A stretch of DNA of 64,000 nt from Neocallimastix sp. 'constans' (taxonomy: Eukaryota). The position numbers and the translations under genes were made by a program. Position 1 is the first letter of the stretch. Every line of letters begins with the position of its first letter. Of this stretch, positions 13,181 through 26,659 are shown one piece after another. Under the pieces are notes generated by a model. The model did not search any database, had not been told where the DNA came from, and saw nothing but the letters and a program-made list of their open reading frames with translations. The stretch covers positions 372,001-436,000 of the forward strand of contig JBODTK010000125.1 in the NCBI GenBank assembly GCA_050613775.1, read 5' to 3'.

Positions 13181-14645
13181 TAATGTCTGTTGATTTACTT
13201 AAATTATTAATATTAGTACTATTGTCATTAAGAAGAATATCATTAGAAGCTTCTCGTATTAATGGAGAAGATGTTGAATTAATAGATTTTATAGAACCTA
13301 ATGGTTTCGATAGATTGGATGGTAATGGAGGTTTAGTATGAAATGACGAAGATAAATGAGAAGAAGGAGGAGGATTAATTTTAGAAAGTGAGGGTGGTGC
13401 CAATATGGTTGGTGATAAGGTTGATGATAATGAATGACGATTCTCTATAGTCCCAATGGATGATTTTAAATTGATTAGGGAATTTATACCTGTATCATTT
13501 TGATTTTCAGTACTCTTGAATTAAAAAGCCAAAAAAAAAATACAATTTTTAATAATAATATATATAAATAATTATTATTTTTTTTTTATTGTAAGTTGAT
13601 TTTTTTCATGTTAAAATATTCATTATATAATGAAAATGGTAAATTGAAACAGTACGTAATATAATATAAAAAATATAATATTAAAAATATAATAAAAAAT
13701 ATAATTTAAAAATATAATAAGATAATTATAAAAAAATAAATTATTATTATTATATACAAATAGCTAATAAAAAATATATACTATTTAAAAATTAAAAAAA
13801 ATTTTATTTTTAATTTATAATATATTCACTACTTTTGGCCTGTTTAATCTAGAGTTAACTAATTCATATTCTAATTGTGATATTTTTTTCTCTGCATTAT
13901 AAAACTTCTCTTGCTCTCTTATCAATTTATTCTCAAACTATTAATTTTATTAAATATCATAAATAAATCACATTGAGTATAGTTAAATAAAAAATATATT
14001 TATATAATTAATAATTCATACACAATAAAATTAAATATAGATTAATTATATTTATAATAAATCATAAATTCTGTTAAAAAAAATTTCTCTTTTTATTAAT
14101 ATATATGAACCTTTAGCTCTGAATTTATTAATTTTTCTTTTAATTTTCGGATTATTCTGTAGGACTCTTGAAGTTTATCTTTTAATTCAACTGGTTCCTA
14201 ATCAATATAAAAAAAAATTCATGAAAAAAGAAATTATAAATATATTAAATATTTAGTCAACATTTTATTATTCTACACATATTTTATATTATTTTATTTT
14301 TTTCTTTTAACTACGCTTTTATTTATGTTAAAAAAAATGACATTTTCTCTAATATATATATGCCATTTACAATATTACTATCAGTTGTACTTGAAGGTTT
14401 TATCAATATATCATTCTTAATATCATTAATATTTTCCTCCTTATATATTTTTTCTAATTTTACTGCACTTTTTGACTTTTATTTATGTAATATATAACAA
14501 TAACATATATCATATATAAATAATTATTAAATGTTAGTTTAATAGAGAACATATTTACGTTATCATATAAATATATTATTAATACTCATTATTTATAGGT
14601 ATATACCTGTATTTCTTTTTCTTTAGAAGTATTTAGTTTTAACAT
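11996..14645 (-). CDS. Hypothetical multi-exon coiled-coil, Ser/Asn-rich protein
   Basis: ATG at 14645 (MLKLNTSKEKEIQ|gt). In-frame exons at ~14390-14475, 14111-14197 (EPVELKDKLQESYRIIRKLKEKLINSELK), ~13833-13937, ~12878-13515 and ~11996-12697. Heptad-like segments; no recognisable domain. Confidence 0.7.
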
Positions 14646-15069
14646 GGTTCAAAAGTATAGTGGGAAAAAAATATTTTAAAAAAAATTTTTTTATTTATTA
14701 AATAAATTTTTAATAATAAATTTTTTAATTTTTATTGTTTAAATTTTAATTTAAACTTTTCTAATTAATATTTTATTTGTATCAAAAATTTAATAATGAT
14801 TTTAAAAAATTAATATATATGTATAAAAAAAATTTTTTTTGTTTTTTTTAAGGATTTAATAAATAAACAAAATTTTTAATAAATAATAAAAAAATAGATA
14901 AATATTATTCTTAAAAATTCTATTTATTATAGAAAATTAAAGAATGAGGCTATTTAAAATAATAATTGAATTTAATTTTTAATTTCTTTGGTTTTTTTTT
15001 TTTTTTTAGATTAATAGAATTTAAGATTAAATTAAAAAAAAAAAAAAAAAAGAATAAGAAATTATATTT

Positions 15070-15534
15070 TTCATAAAATTAAGAAGAAATTTTAATATTG
15101 CTTAATCTTATTCTTGACCATAAAAAAAAAAAAAATGATGAAAAAGATGGATGAAGAAAAAAAAAATTAATCATTGAGAATAATTTGAAATTCGATATAT
15201 GTTTCCAACATCATTTTATAAAAAACGATTTCAAAAAGGAAATATATTTGTATTAGCTAATCATAAACCAAATGGAATTGAAAGTTCAGCAGTATTATTT
15301 GAAAAATGAAAATTGGTTCCACAATGAACCTCTAATTTATGTTCGTAATTTTGTTTCAAAAATTAGAAAATCGACAGAAAAAATATTAATGAAATATGTA
15401 GAAAATTATGCGAATTCAAAAGGAAAATGATATATTAGATTAGATTTTTCTTAATATAATATTATTAAAATCAAGGTTTTGTCCTTGCTGGAATTTGTGA
15501 ATATGGTGAAAATAAACATGTCTTAAGACCATGA
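15070..15534 (+). pseudogene. Decayed intronless GNAT-family N-acetyltransferase
   Basis: Broken frames read MDEEKK.N.., FQKGNIFVLANHKPNGIESSAVLFE, ENWFHNEPLIYVRNFVSK, ILMKYVENYANSKGK*YIRLD and YY*NQGFVLAGICEYG. These resemble GNAT motif A/B ends (L+..+E..A...GK.Y+RLD...YY...GF). Multiple stops and frameshifts. Confidence 0.65.
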
Positions 15535-16639
15535 ATAAATGTTCTCTTATTCTTTTTTTTTTATTTTTTTTTTTTTTTTTTTATAATATAACCCTCAACA
15601 CTTTATCAAAACTTTTTTAATAAAGGTTCCATTTTTATTTTTTAAATCGAATGAAAATGAAAAATGTTATATTTATTTTAAAATTTTAATTTTTTAAACA
15701 TGAAAAACAGATAAATATTTAAAATTTCAATAAAATTTATTTAAAAAAGAAAAAAAAAAAAATAAAATATTTAAATTGTCTATAAATATAATTTAAAATT
15801 TTCTATAAATACAACTGAATCTTTTAATTATATATATAAACTAAATCAGTACTACTTGTTGATCTCTGGATATGAATTTAAAAAAGAATATTAAGATAAA
15901 GAGTTATAATATATTTTCCTATATTTATATGTTTAAATCATTTATTAAAAAACAAGTTTATCAAGAATATATATTAAATCTTACTATTAAAGTAAATGTT
16001 AATCATTAAAATTTTCACATTTTTATTATAAATTTTTAAACAATTTCGTCTCTCTTGAATGTGCCATCATCTCATCTCATAATAATAGAAGATGTTATAT
16101 CTATAATAAAGTTCTTTAGTATTATAAATCCAGTATTAGCTACCACAGGAGCTAATACAAGAGTTAAATTTTTAATTTTCTATAATTGTCTATATATCAC
16201 GACAATGGAACCGAAGCTAAGTCTATTATCATTGAGAGTATTTTTACTACCTCATCGAAATATTTATTTAAATCAATCTTTTTTTACAATTTATTATGGT
16301 AATCTTAATATTATATATACTAAGTATTAGCTGCATTATAATTATACATTATGTACTGTTATTAATTTACCAAAATATTAATATATTAATTATTAGACAG
16401 TTATTAAATAGTTATTATCAATCTTAGTTATTATCAAACTTATTTTATTAATTATATTTTGTTAAAAAACGTAATATTCTCTTACTTGTAATAATCATAT
16501 AATCAAATATAAATAAATTAATTAAACAAAATTATATTCCAATATAAAGAAGAGACAACATTGAAGAAAATGTGGAACAATTTCCAATTTTTGATTAAGA
16601 AATACTAAAAATTTAATTAAAAGATTAAACAAAGCTAAA

Positions 16640-17640
16640 GAAAAATTTAGCAAAAGTTTACGTCATAATCAGACCAAATTATCAAAATTTCCATTAAAAT
16701 ACCCCAAATGATACAATGAGGTCTTAAACATCACTAACTGCTTTAGATCTCATTGTTTTATAAACTCTGAAATAGATATTGATGAAAAGAATGAAAATGA
16801 ACTTAAACAAGATAGTGCTTCCTAATCCATTATCAAAAGCAGTTTAGATACAACTACAGCTAAACTTATTGAAGGGTGTGATATCACCTATAAAATGACA
16901 AAACAATTAGAAAGCTATTTTTTTCATTTTTTGCCATCAAAATTACATCAAATTTAATATCAAATTAAAACTTTAGAAACCGAAAACAACATTAAATTAT
17001 ATATGGATAAATTTATTTATTTATTCAACTTTAATAATAAGGAATTTAAAGATATGTAAAAATAAAATTAAATGAAGAAGCAAAAATACTATTTTCAGCT
17101 GAAATTATCGTCAGATTTGGAGTCCAACCAACACTTTTAGTCGAATTTAAGATTTTTGAGCAATTATGAAAACGTATGACTTTGACAAGTGTTTTTATTA
17201 AAGTATAAAGATATAAGAAGGACTGAATATAATAATGGAACCACATAAAATCTTTTGGTAACTAGAATCATACACAGTAAATCACCATATTCATATAAAT
17301 TTAGCAATAATTCTAATAAAAAAAAAAAAAATTCTAACAATTTTTCCATAAATATGGTTACACTACAGATGGATGCTTCTTAAACCCAAAAAGAAAAGAT
17401 AGTAAAGGAAATAAAAACTATCGATCCAATAACGTAAAAAAAACTAGAAAAATCGAAAAATTAGAAGATTCAAATGTTCTTTGTAAAGACGAAATTTTCA
17501 CAGAGTTTTCAGGTAATATTAATATCAATACTATTCACTATGATACATCCAGTACTAGTCAAACAAAAGGACCAAGATGGATAATTGATAGTACTATTTC
17601 ATTATATTTAACAAAGAGGCTAAAGGTCTAGATGATACAA
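16640..17640 (+). mobile_element. Degenerate Ty1/copia gag-protease remnant
   Basis: Coding-like composition with many stops. GPRWIIDS at ~17570-17595 resembles the copia protease W(I/V)(L/I)DSG motif. Lies upstream of the copia RT fragment on the same strand. Confidence 0.55.
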
Positions 17641-18349
17641 AATAGGTCAATAATAAAATTATCACCTTGTCAGAATTTTAAGATAATTTGGCCTTAACGA
17701 TTAGGTCAAGATGCTAAGTTATAGTATAGTAATTACACTTAATATTTAAATATTTTAAAATCATTTAGTTATGAATTATTGTTTAAAAATTTAAATAAGA
17801 TTTTATTATATAAAAATTTATATATAGTTATATTATTTTATATTTATTACTATAATTTTTATGACTATAATAGCCAGAAAGATTTTTATATAACAAATTA
17901 AAATTAATTTATTATTAATATATACATAAATGATAAACTTATTTTATTTATTATTATTAAAATTAATAATTGAAATTGAAATTGAATTGAAATTGAAATT
18001 GAAAAGTAATTCAGTCTCTATTTTAACAATTTCGAGTTTTTATTAATTAATTATTTTATTAATTAATTAACAATAAATAAATAGATAAATAAATAAATAA
18101 ATAAAATATAATATCACCAACTTAGTAAACTTAGTAAGTAATTATGTATGATAATAAAATTTTCTTTATTTGGTGTTAAAAAGTTATTTTATTTTCTTTA
18201 ATTAGTTTCTTTCTTTATTATTGTAATATACGTAATTTAACATGATGTTATTAAAGATTTCGATTTTACTTAATCGAAAGTTCACTATACATCTAATATC
18301 AAAAAAATTTTAATCTCAACTTATTATCGTGTCAGAAAATAATTCACAA

Positions 18350-18500
18350 TTATTGATTACGATTGAAGCAGATAGTTTAATAATTACAATTGCCATTGCA
18401 TCACAATATAAATGGATCATAAGACAAATATATATAAAAGTAGCTTGTTTTAATGCTTAAATAGAAGAATATGTGTGGATATACCAGAAGGGATAAACAC
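18350..18500 (+). mobile_element. Degenerate Ty1/copia reverse-transcriptase fragment
   Basis: TIEADSLIITIAIASQYKWIIRQIYIKVACFNA*IEE..VDIPEG resembles copia RT ..IA....W.I.Q.D+K.AFLNA.+EE.+Y+..PEG. Confidence 0.8.
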
Positions 18501-18889
18501 TAAAACTTTCGAAAATATTTGATATTAAATAATAATTAGATAGTTAAATAGTTAATATAAATCTTAATATAGTTAAACTATAATATTTTCTTTCATATAA
18601 TATTCACGTAATTAATAAAAGTCATATTAACTATAAGGAATATATACTGAAAGTGTGAGATATTATATTCTTAATAATATATTTATCATTATTTGATAAA
18701 TATACAATATAAAACAAAAGAAGCATATGTAATTTCATTAATATTTTATGTATTTAATAATGTGACGAAAAGGTGCATTAAATTCATGTATAATATATGA
18801 TGATTTTATAGATATATGAAATTAATTGAAATTCTCTGACAATATTTTTGAATTATACAATCATTATTATGACGTTTAACAAGATAGTA

Positions 18890-19128
18890 CATATCTCCAT
18901 GGGTTAGGCTGTACTGACCTTGCTTCGAAGGGAAGTTAGGAACTGGAGAAACATTTTGAGAAAAAGCATACTAGAATATTCTCAGTAATAATATGCATGT
19001 AAGAGCACTAATGCTGAATACACAGTAAGGTCGTCCATTAGGGATAATTCTACCTATATGAAAGTGTGTGACTACTTTAATATTCACACTGCCCCTGAGG
19101 GGGAGTTGAAACCAAGGGTGGTACATAT
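18890..19128 (+). ncRNA. Candidate snR30/U17 box H/ACA snoRNA (18S rRNA processing)
   Basis: GC-rich island with no ORF. The 3' hairpin has lower stem ACTACTTT (19071-78)/AGGGTGGT, m1-like ATATTCACA (19080-88), upper stem CTGCCCC/GGGGGAG, and m2-like AAACCAA (19109-15) exactly 7 nt before ACA (19123-25) plus 3 nt. A 5' hairpin is closed by TCTCCA/TGGAGA, with H-box-like AGAAAA at ~18959. The 5' end is approximate. Confidence 0.72.
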
Positions 19129-19469
19129 CGGAAATAAATAAATAAAAAAAAAAATTATTATATTTATGATTAATGATTAATTATGTTTATGAAAAATAAA
19201 TATATATATATATATAGATTTATATCTTATATATATGTATATAAATTTGTGGGGTAAGACAAATTTTTTTTTAAAAAAATAAAATGATTATAAAAAAAAT
19301 AACTATTTCAATTAAAAATATTTCTAATTTTATATGGTTCAATATTAATATAAAATAAAAGATAAAATAGTATTTAAAGATTTAATTATTCAAAGTATGA
19401 AAAACTGTTTAAATTTTATAATTTATTTTTTAATTGTTTTTCTTTTTAATATTTTGTATAATTAATCAT

Positions 19470-19554
<85 letters not shown>

Positions 19555-19862
19555 TAATTATATATTTGAAATACTGAATAATTATTAATCTAATCTAAAT
19601 AAAAAATTTTTTTTAATTAAAAATAGTTCATTAATATTAATTGTTGATAATATAAATAATATTAAATTTTCTATTACATAAATATTAGAATTGATACAAA
19701 AAATTATAATTTAATGAACTGTCAACCAATCATGATATATGAATTGTAAAAGTAAAAATTTACATATTTATATAGATAAAAATTTTTTCATATCAAACTA
19801 CAAATAATTTAAATAAAGTATAATTTTTTTTTTATAATTAGTAAATAAATATATAATTCGAA

Positions 19863-21531
19863 ATGACTACTACAAACGTTGGAAACTTGGAATGCTTATT
19901 ACCACCATCCTGGAAGACTTCCATCATCGAATGGATTCGTGAAGATACTCCATCTTTTGATTATGGAGGTTATGTTGTTGGTGATTCTGATGAAGTGGCT
20001 GTGTTATACGGAAAATCTAAGGTACACTAAAATTAAATATCCATCCATTTTTAGAAATTTTTGTACAATAAAAATGAATAAGAATTTACAATTAAAAAAT
20101 TATTCAAATATAACCATAATAATAAATGTTATAAATATTTAAATTAAATATATATATGTATATAAAATACATTTTAATAAAAACATATAAATTTAATAAA
20201 ATTTTTAAATATATATATTTTTATAAATTAAATCTATATTATTGATAATATAGGGTAAGTTAGCTGGTGTTCCATTTTTCAATGAAGTTTTCAACCAATG
20301 TGGTTGTAGAGTTGAATGGCTCTTAAAGGAAGGTGATGAATTCGATCCAGCTACTACTGAAAAGAAGCGTTTTGAAGTTGCCCGTGTTTATGGTAAGGCT
20401 AGATCTTTACTTCTTGGTGAAAGAGTTGCCTTAAACACTATCTCTCGTTGTAGTGGTATTGCTACTAGGTAACTATAAATATTAAAATATGATAAATATA
20501 TGTATAAATAAATAATAAAAATAAAATATATATAAAAATTATAAATATTTTAAATATTACAAATATTATAAATATTATAAATATATATTATATTAATAAT
20601 TATAAATATATATATTCATATTGATGATGAATAATTCAAATAATTATGCATTTTAAAATATTAAAAAATAACATAGAGCTACTAAGCTTGCTAACTTAAA
20701 GGAACAACACAAATGGCAAGGTGTTGTTGCTGGTACTAGAAAGACTACACCAGGTAATAATAAATTTACAAGTATTTTTAATAAAATATAATATTTATTA
20801 ATAACTAATGATAATAATACTTTACTGAAAAATAATACTTTTTTAATTCTTTTTTTTTTTTTTTTTGGATATTAATATATTATTTTTATTATATATATAA
20901 TAAAAATAACAAAAATAATATTAATAATAATATAAAACGAAATAAGGTTTCCGTCTTGTTGAAAAGTACGGTATGCTTGTTGGTGGTGTTGATACTCACC
21001 GTGTTGATCTTTCCTCTATGATTATGTTAAAAGATAACCACATCTGGAGTCAAGGCTCTATTACTGCTGCTACTAAGCAAGCCAAAAAGGTTGGTGGTTT
21101 TGCTCTTAAAGTTGAAGTCGAATGTCGTACTGAAGAAGAAGCAGAAGAGGCTATTACTGCTGGTGCTGATATTGTTATGTTAGATAACTTCAAGCCAGAT
21201 GATTTAAAGGCCACTGCTAGACGTTTAAAGGAAAAGTTCTCCAACCGTACTGTCTTAATTGAAGCCAGTGGTGGTATCTCTGAAGACAATATTGTTGAAT
21301 ACTTTGATAATTGTAAGCTTATTAATATTATTATAAAATAAATAAATTTTATTAAAAATATATCTAATAATGATTAACATTTAATATTTATTTTTTAATA
21401 TTATAAAAAATAATTTGTTAACAACAATAATAAATAAATAAATAATAGCTGTCGATGTTATTTCTCTTGGTTCCTTATCTCACGGTGTACCAATTATTGA
21501 TTTTTCTTTAAAGATTCAACCAAAACACTGA
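19863..21531 (+). CDS. BNA6: Nicotinate-nucleotide pyrophosphorylase (quinolinate phosphoribosyltransferase); exons 19863-20021, 20254-20468, 20677-20753, 20947-21312, 21449-21531
   Basis: [94 protein letters not shown]. Canonical introns. Confidence 0.97.
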
Positions 21532-22687
21532 GTTTTTTCAAATTTATCATGAATAAAAATTATAATATAATTTTTTCCCTTTAAATAAATACTCTTGAAT
21601 AAACAAGAGAAACTGGAAAATAAAATTTTTATTAAAAAGAAAAAAAGAAGTATAAAAATAAATAATATTTGATATTAAAAATAAAATGATTATAGTTCTT
21701 TTATTACAATAAGAAAAATAAATAATAATAATAAAAATCATTTGTAAATATATAATCAAATATAATAAAATTATAATAAAAATAAACAAATTTAAAAATA
21801 TAAACAATAAATATATATGATTTAATTTTAATTAAATAATATTTCTAATTAATTTTTTTTTTTTTTAAATGGTAAATAAATAATTTCAAAGTATTAAAAA
21901 AAAAAGTTTTTCTAATTAATATGTGAAAATTTTCAATTTTCCTTTTTTTTATTTTTTGTTTTTTAAATATTATACTTTCTCAATATTTAAATAGACTAAT
22001 AGTTAAAAAATGGAAAAGGAAAAATAAATTAGTAATTCTAATTACAAGAAAAAAAATTTTTTTTTTTTTAATTTTTATATACGTAATATATATATTTTAA
22101 AAATTAATCTCAGCAATTATATATATATAATTATAATCTCATATTCATATATAAATATTTTTTCTTTTGTAAAATTATTCAAATTTAAATATAAATATAT
22201 AAATTTATAATTTTTATTATTTAATTTTTTTTTTAAAAAAAAAAAAAAAGATCAATATATGTGTATATATAAAATAATAATAAAATATGTGGCTTATTTT
22301 AATTTATTTTGTTACTAATATTTATATTTTATGTAATTTAAATAAATTTAAAAATTAATGTAATCTTCATTATCTCTATCTGCAAACCTTAACATTTTTT
22401 TTCTTTTTCTTTTTCTTTTATCATAAATAAATATTATATATATATATTTATCGCTTTATATACTTTTTTATATATTAATTATTTCTTTTATATTTTTTTA
22501 TTTTAATAATATTATAATATAATATTATACTTTTCATTATTAATAATAATTTATATATTACTGCTATTATTATTTTTTTTATTATTATTTAATATTATAA
22601 CTGCTATTTTTTTTTTTTTTTTTTTTTTTTTTTGTGCTAATTTTCTTTAAATAAAAATTAAATAATTAGAGGCTAATTTTATTTTTA

Positions 22688-23129
22688 TTATGTATATTTC
22701 TGATTATTATAAGTATTAAAGAATACGTATTGTGCATTAGGTTGTTGCTGAGCTATGACCGGTATTGATTGATAATAATATTCATTATCAGCTTTTAGTG
22801 GAGCTTTTTTAAAAGTTTTGTGGAATGAAGATTTATGTATATTAAAACCGTTTCTTTTTTGAATCCGTTGATTGTTACTAAATCTTTTAGACTTAAATAT
22901 TCTTTTATCAGTAGAAAGACATATTGATTTATTATTATTATTTTTATTATTTACTTCATTTATTGATTCGTCATTATTATTATAATTAATTTCTTGTTCA
23001 CTAGATATAGAATTACTAGTAGTAGTAGTAGTAGTAATTTCTTGTTCACTAGTCTGATTATTACCAGTACCAAAATTAGTATTATTATTTTCTTTATTTA
23101 TAATATTGTTTTCCATGTAATTTACTACT

Positions 23130-23170
<41 letters not shown>

Positions 23171-25831
23171 TATAAGAATTTCGTTACTATTGATATTTTC
23201 ATTTGAATTCTTACTATTACTGGTTTTGTTATTATTATTTTTAGAATCATTGGAACATTTATGGGTAATTAAATTCTTATTATTATAATGATAATAATTA
23301 TTATTTCTTTTAAAATAAGGAAAATAAAGTGGTCTCTTTTTATTAAAATTAAATCTTTTATTATTATTATATCTATGGGAGGAAGAACTTAATTGTTGAT
23401 TAAGATTAGGAGAATTATCAATAATAATATAATTTGAACTATTAAATGGTGTAGAAGAAACAACTGTAGCCATGGCTTGAGTAGGGTATAATATCATTGG
23501 TGTTGATAAAACAGAAATTCCTTGAGAATTAGGTGTTGTAATTAGTGTATAAGGCGTGGCCGTATTGTAAATTACTGGACAATAAGAATTAGTAGTCATA
23601 TTACCGCAGTAGTCAGTTTTCATCACCGGTATTAATTTTTCTCCTAATATATTAGAGCCATTACTATTCCTGAGATAACCCTGTGGAATAAAATAACCTT
23701 GCGAAAAATTGGAATAATTCTTTCCTTTTCGAATATGTCTTTGCATTATGCTTGATGAACTATAAGAATTATAAGACCTTGAATGAGAAACAACAGATGG
23801 ATAATAATGCTTATTTCTTCTCATTCTCATTGGAGCGGAAGAATAAAATACAGAGGATTTAGAGGTGGTTTTAGTATTATTATTTAATGGAGAGGTAGTA
23901 GTAGAAGAATTATTATTTATACTAATATTCACATTTATATTAGGAGAACAATTTTGACCTTGTTCCTTATCTAAAATAGCAGATGATTTTACAGTCAATT
24001 CGGTAGTAGAAGCAGTTAAATTATCCTTAGTAGAAAATGTTGATGTAGTAGAAATTTGGGAATAGCTTGGATGAACCAAAGTAGCTGAAGAAGAATCTGA
24101 TTGTTCTGAAAACACTGATGATACAGATAATGATGGTGATTGTTGTATAGAAGAAGTTGTACTAATAAAAGACTTTACTAAATATGGTTCTTTAAAGGAG
24201 GATAATAATATATCAGTAGATGGTTTTGGAGATAAATCTATTGTTGTATTGTTTTTAGTATTATTATTGTCTTTACCACTATCAGTATTATTACCATAAG
24301 TATTGGCTTGTTCATCATTAAGTTGTTTATTTTGATTTGCTAAATCATCAAATGAAGATATTAATGTTTTCAATGAATGTGAAGAAGTGTTTGAAGATTT
24401 GTCATTCATGGTATTATTGTATTTTCTGTTAGATACTGAAAATGATTTAGACATTCTATTACGTAAATAAGAATTATTTTTTCTATTATTGCTGTTACTA
24501 TTAATTCTTCTATTTTCTTCTATTTCATTCTTCTTTTTACTATTATTGTAATTATTTTTATTACCTCGTCTTTGCATATTTCTATTATATTCTTCATTAT
24601 TAATTTGTGTATTATTCTTATTTTTAAAATCATTCTTATGGTATGATATACTATTTGCTTCATCATTATTTTGACCAATTCTTGGAGATAAGAATGATAA
24701 ATCTTGTTCTGGATTTATTAAGATAATAACATCATCTTCAGAATCACTTAATTCAGAAGTAGTCGAATAGTTATCGGATACTTCACTCGAAATATACGAA
24801 TCATAACAAGTATCTTCGTCAGAATCATTATCTTCATTATCAGAGTCATCATTTAATGAATGAACAGAATGAATTGATGGTGCTTCAGCTATTTTTTATA
24901 AATTTTAATTTATAAATAAATAAATAAATAAAAATAAAATTATATAAATAATTTTAATAATTTAATCAGAATTAAATTTTATTAACAATTTTTTAACTGA
25001 AAAAAAAATAATAACAATAAATATATAAATTTAATTATAACTTATAATAATAAGGCATAATAATAATAAAAAAAAATTATAAAAATATCAAAAATAAAAC
25101 AAAAAAGATTGAATAATAATAAAAAATATACATATTAATATATATCTTACATATTTGAGGAGTAATTGGTTGTGAAAACTTAATTGAATTCTTTGTATCA
25201 ATTATTGGACATTCTGATTTATTTTCACTCTTTAGTTCAATAACTGCAGACGATGATGATGGAATTGAAGATGAATCTGAAGAAGAAGCTGCTGTTAATG
25301 TTTTTTCTTCTTTCTTTTCTGTTATTTTCTTTTTAGGGTATGATTTAATTTTATCTTTATCGTTTTCTGATGATACAATTGAAACCATTGATGAAGAATT
25401 ATATGACTTTTTGTTAAGTGATGCAAAAGATGGATTTGAAGATGATATAAGTGTTTTAGATGATGATAAAGATTTTGAACTGATAGTAGTTGATGAGGAG
25501 GAGGAAGATGCTACTACTGAAGCAATAGTAGTTACTAACGAGGAACTAGAGGAACTTGAGGATGGTGTAGTAGTAGAGGTAGCTTTCTGTATAATAAAAC
25601 TTTCGTAAAATATTGGAACAGGTGAAGATGGAATTGATGTAAACTTGGATGAAGAAGTAGAAGATGATAAAATATGATTTTCTTGTAAATCCATCCTTTG
25701 TCTCTGTTTTTTCTTTTTCTTTTGTAAATTTACTTGTTGTAACGATCCATTTTTCTTAACATTTTCTTTTTTATTATTGCAAATCTTTAGACTTTTTCCT
25801 TTATTCCTATTATTTTTACTAATCAAAAAAA

Positions 25832-25862
<31 letters not shown>

Positions 25863-26017
25863 ATTAAATTATTTGTTTTCCTTATTTATAAAAATAATCT
25901 ACGTTATATAGAAATATTTATTCATATTTCATACATTTTTTTTGGTACATGATAATCAAGTTCATCTAGATATATTTCAATCTTTTTTAATATTAATAAT
26001 GGTGATTGAATACTAAT

Positions 26018-26063
<46 letters not shown>

Positions 26064-26659
26064 TATATAAAATATACATATATATATATATATTTAATAT
26101 TTATTTCATTTCAAGATTATTTAATAAAATTTTTTAGTGAATATCTTACTTTTTTAAAAAGGTAGATATTGAATATTTAAAATTTGCTAGATTTAAAATG
26201 CGATAATTAATATTTTGAATGTATTCAAATGGACTATAAGTAAATATCTATAATAAATTATATATTAAATATTATTAATACTTTCATTTCATTTTATTAT
26301 TATTTGAATTAAGTAAATTATTACATTTTTATTTTTTTTATTTTCTTCATTTACTATTTCCAATGGATCATCCAAAAGATTATTATATAAATTTTCTTTA
26401 TTTTTAAATTTAATAATAATAAAAAATAAGAAAAACGTATTCATTATATAATATAAATATGTTTACATTTACAGTATTATTAATTATGCTTACTAAATTG
26501 TATATTCTTCAATATATAGCCTACGCATATTGCTTTTAACTTTTTATAATATACGGTAACCCAAATAGCTGTTATGACAAAGAAAAGTATGTATATAACT
26601 AAAAAACTAGAATTGTCTTGCTGTGTCTTATTGTATGACTTTTTTATAGTTTTTTCCAT
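22688..26659 (-). CDS. Hypothetical protein with an N-terminal transmembrane segment and long Ser/Asn low-complexity regions (multi-exon)
   Basis: ATG at 26659 (MEKTIKKSYNKTQQDNSSFLVIYILFFVITAIWVTVYY). Small probable exons at ~25900-26400, exon ~25150-25819, and a long terminal exon ~22688-24889. 5' exon structure is uncertain. Confidence 0.65.

Noticed and set aside
13051..13341. Poly-Leu ORF and similar short ORFs (21050-21289, 22994-23206, 25411-25608, 55236-55445, 61775-62119, 62106-62303)
   Set aside because: Antisense shadows of real exons on the opposite strand.
16055..16330. 91-aa ORF
   Set aside because: TTG start, no recognisable motif, and next to transposon relics; cannot be supported as a gene.
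18890..19128. SRP RNA, telomerase RNA, hammerhead ribozyme, or an NAD-related riboswitch for BNA6
   Set aside because: GGCTGTACTG resembles the fungal SRP Alu start, but no helix-8 motif is visible. CCTAACCC on the minus strand is short and poorly placed for a template. The hammerhead CUGANGA core is incomplete. The H/ACA m1/m2/ACA geometry fits far better.
19879..20142. 87-aa ORF
   Set aside because: Wrong frame over BNA6 exon 1, running into the intron; the real start is the ATG at 19863.
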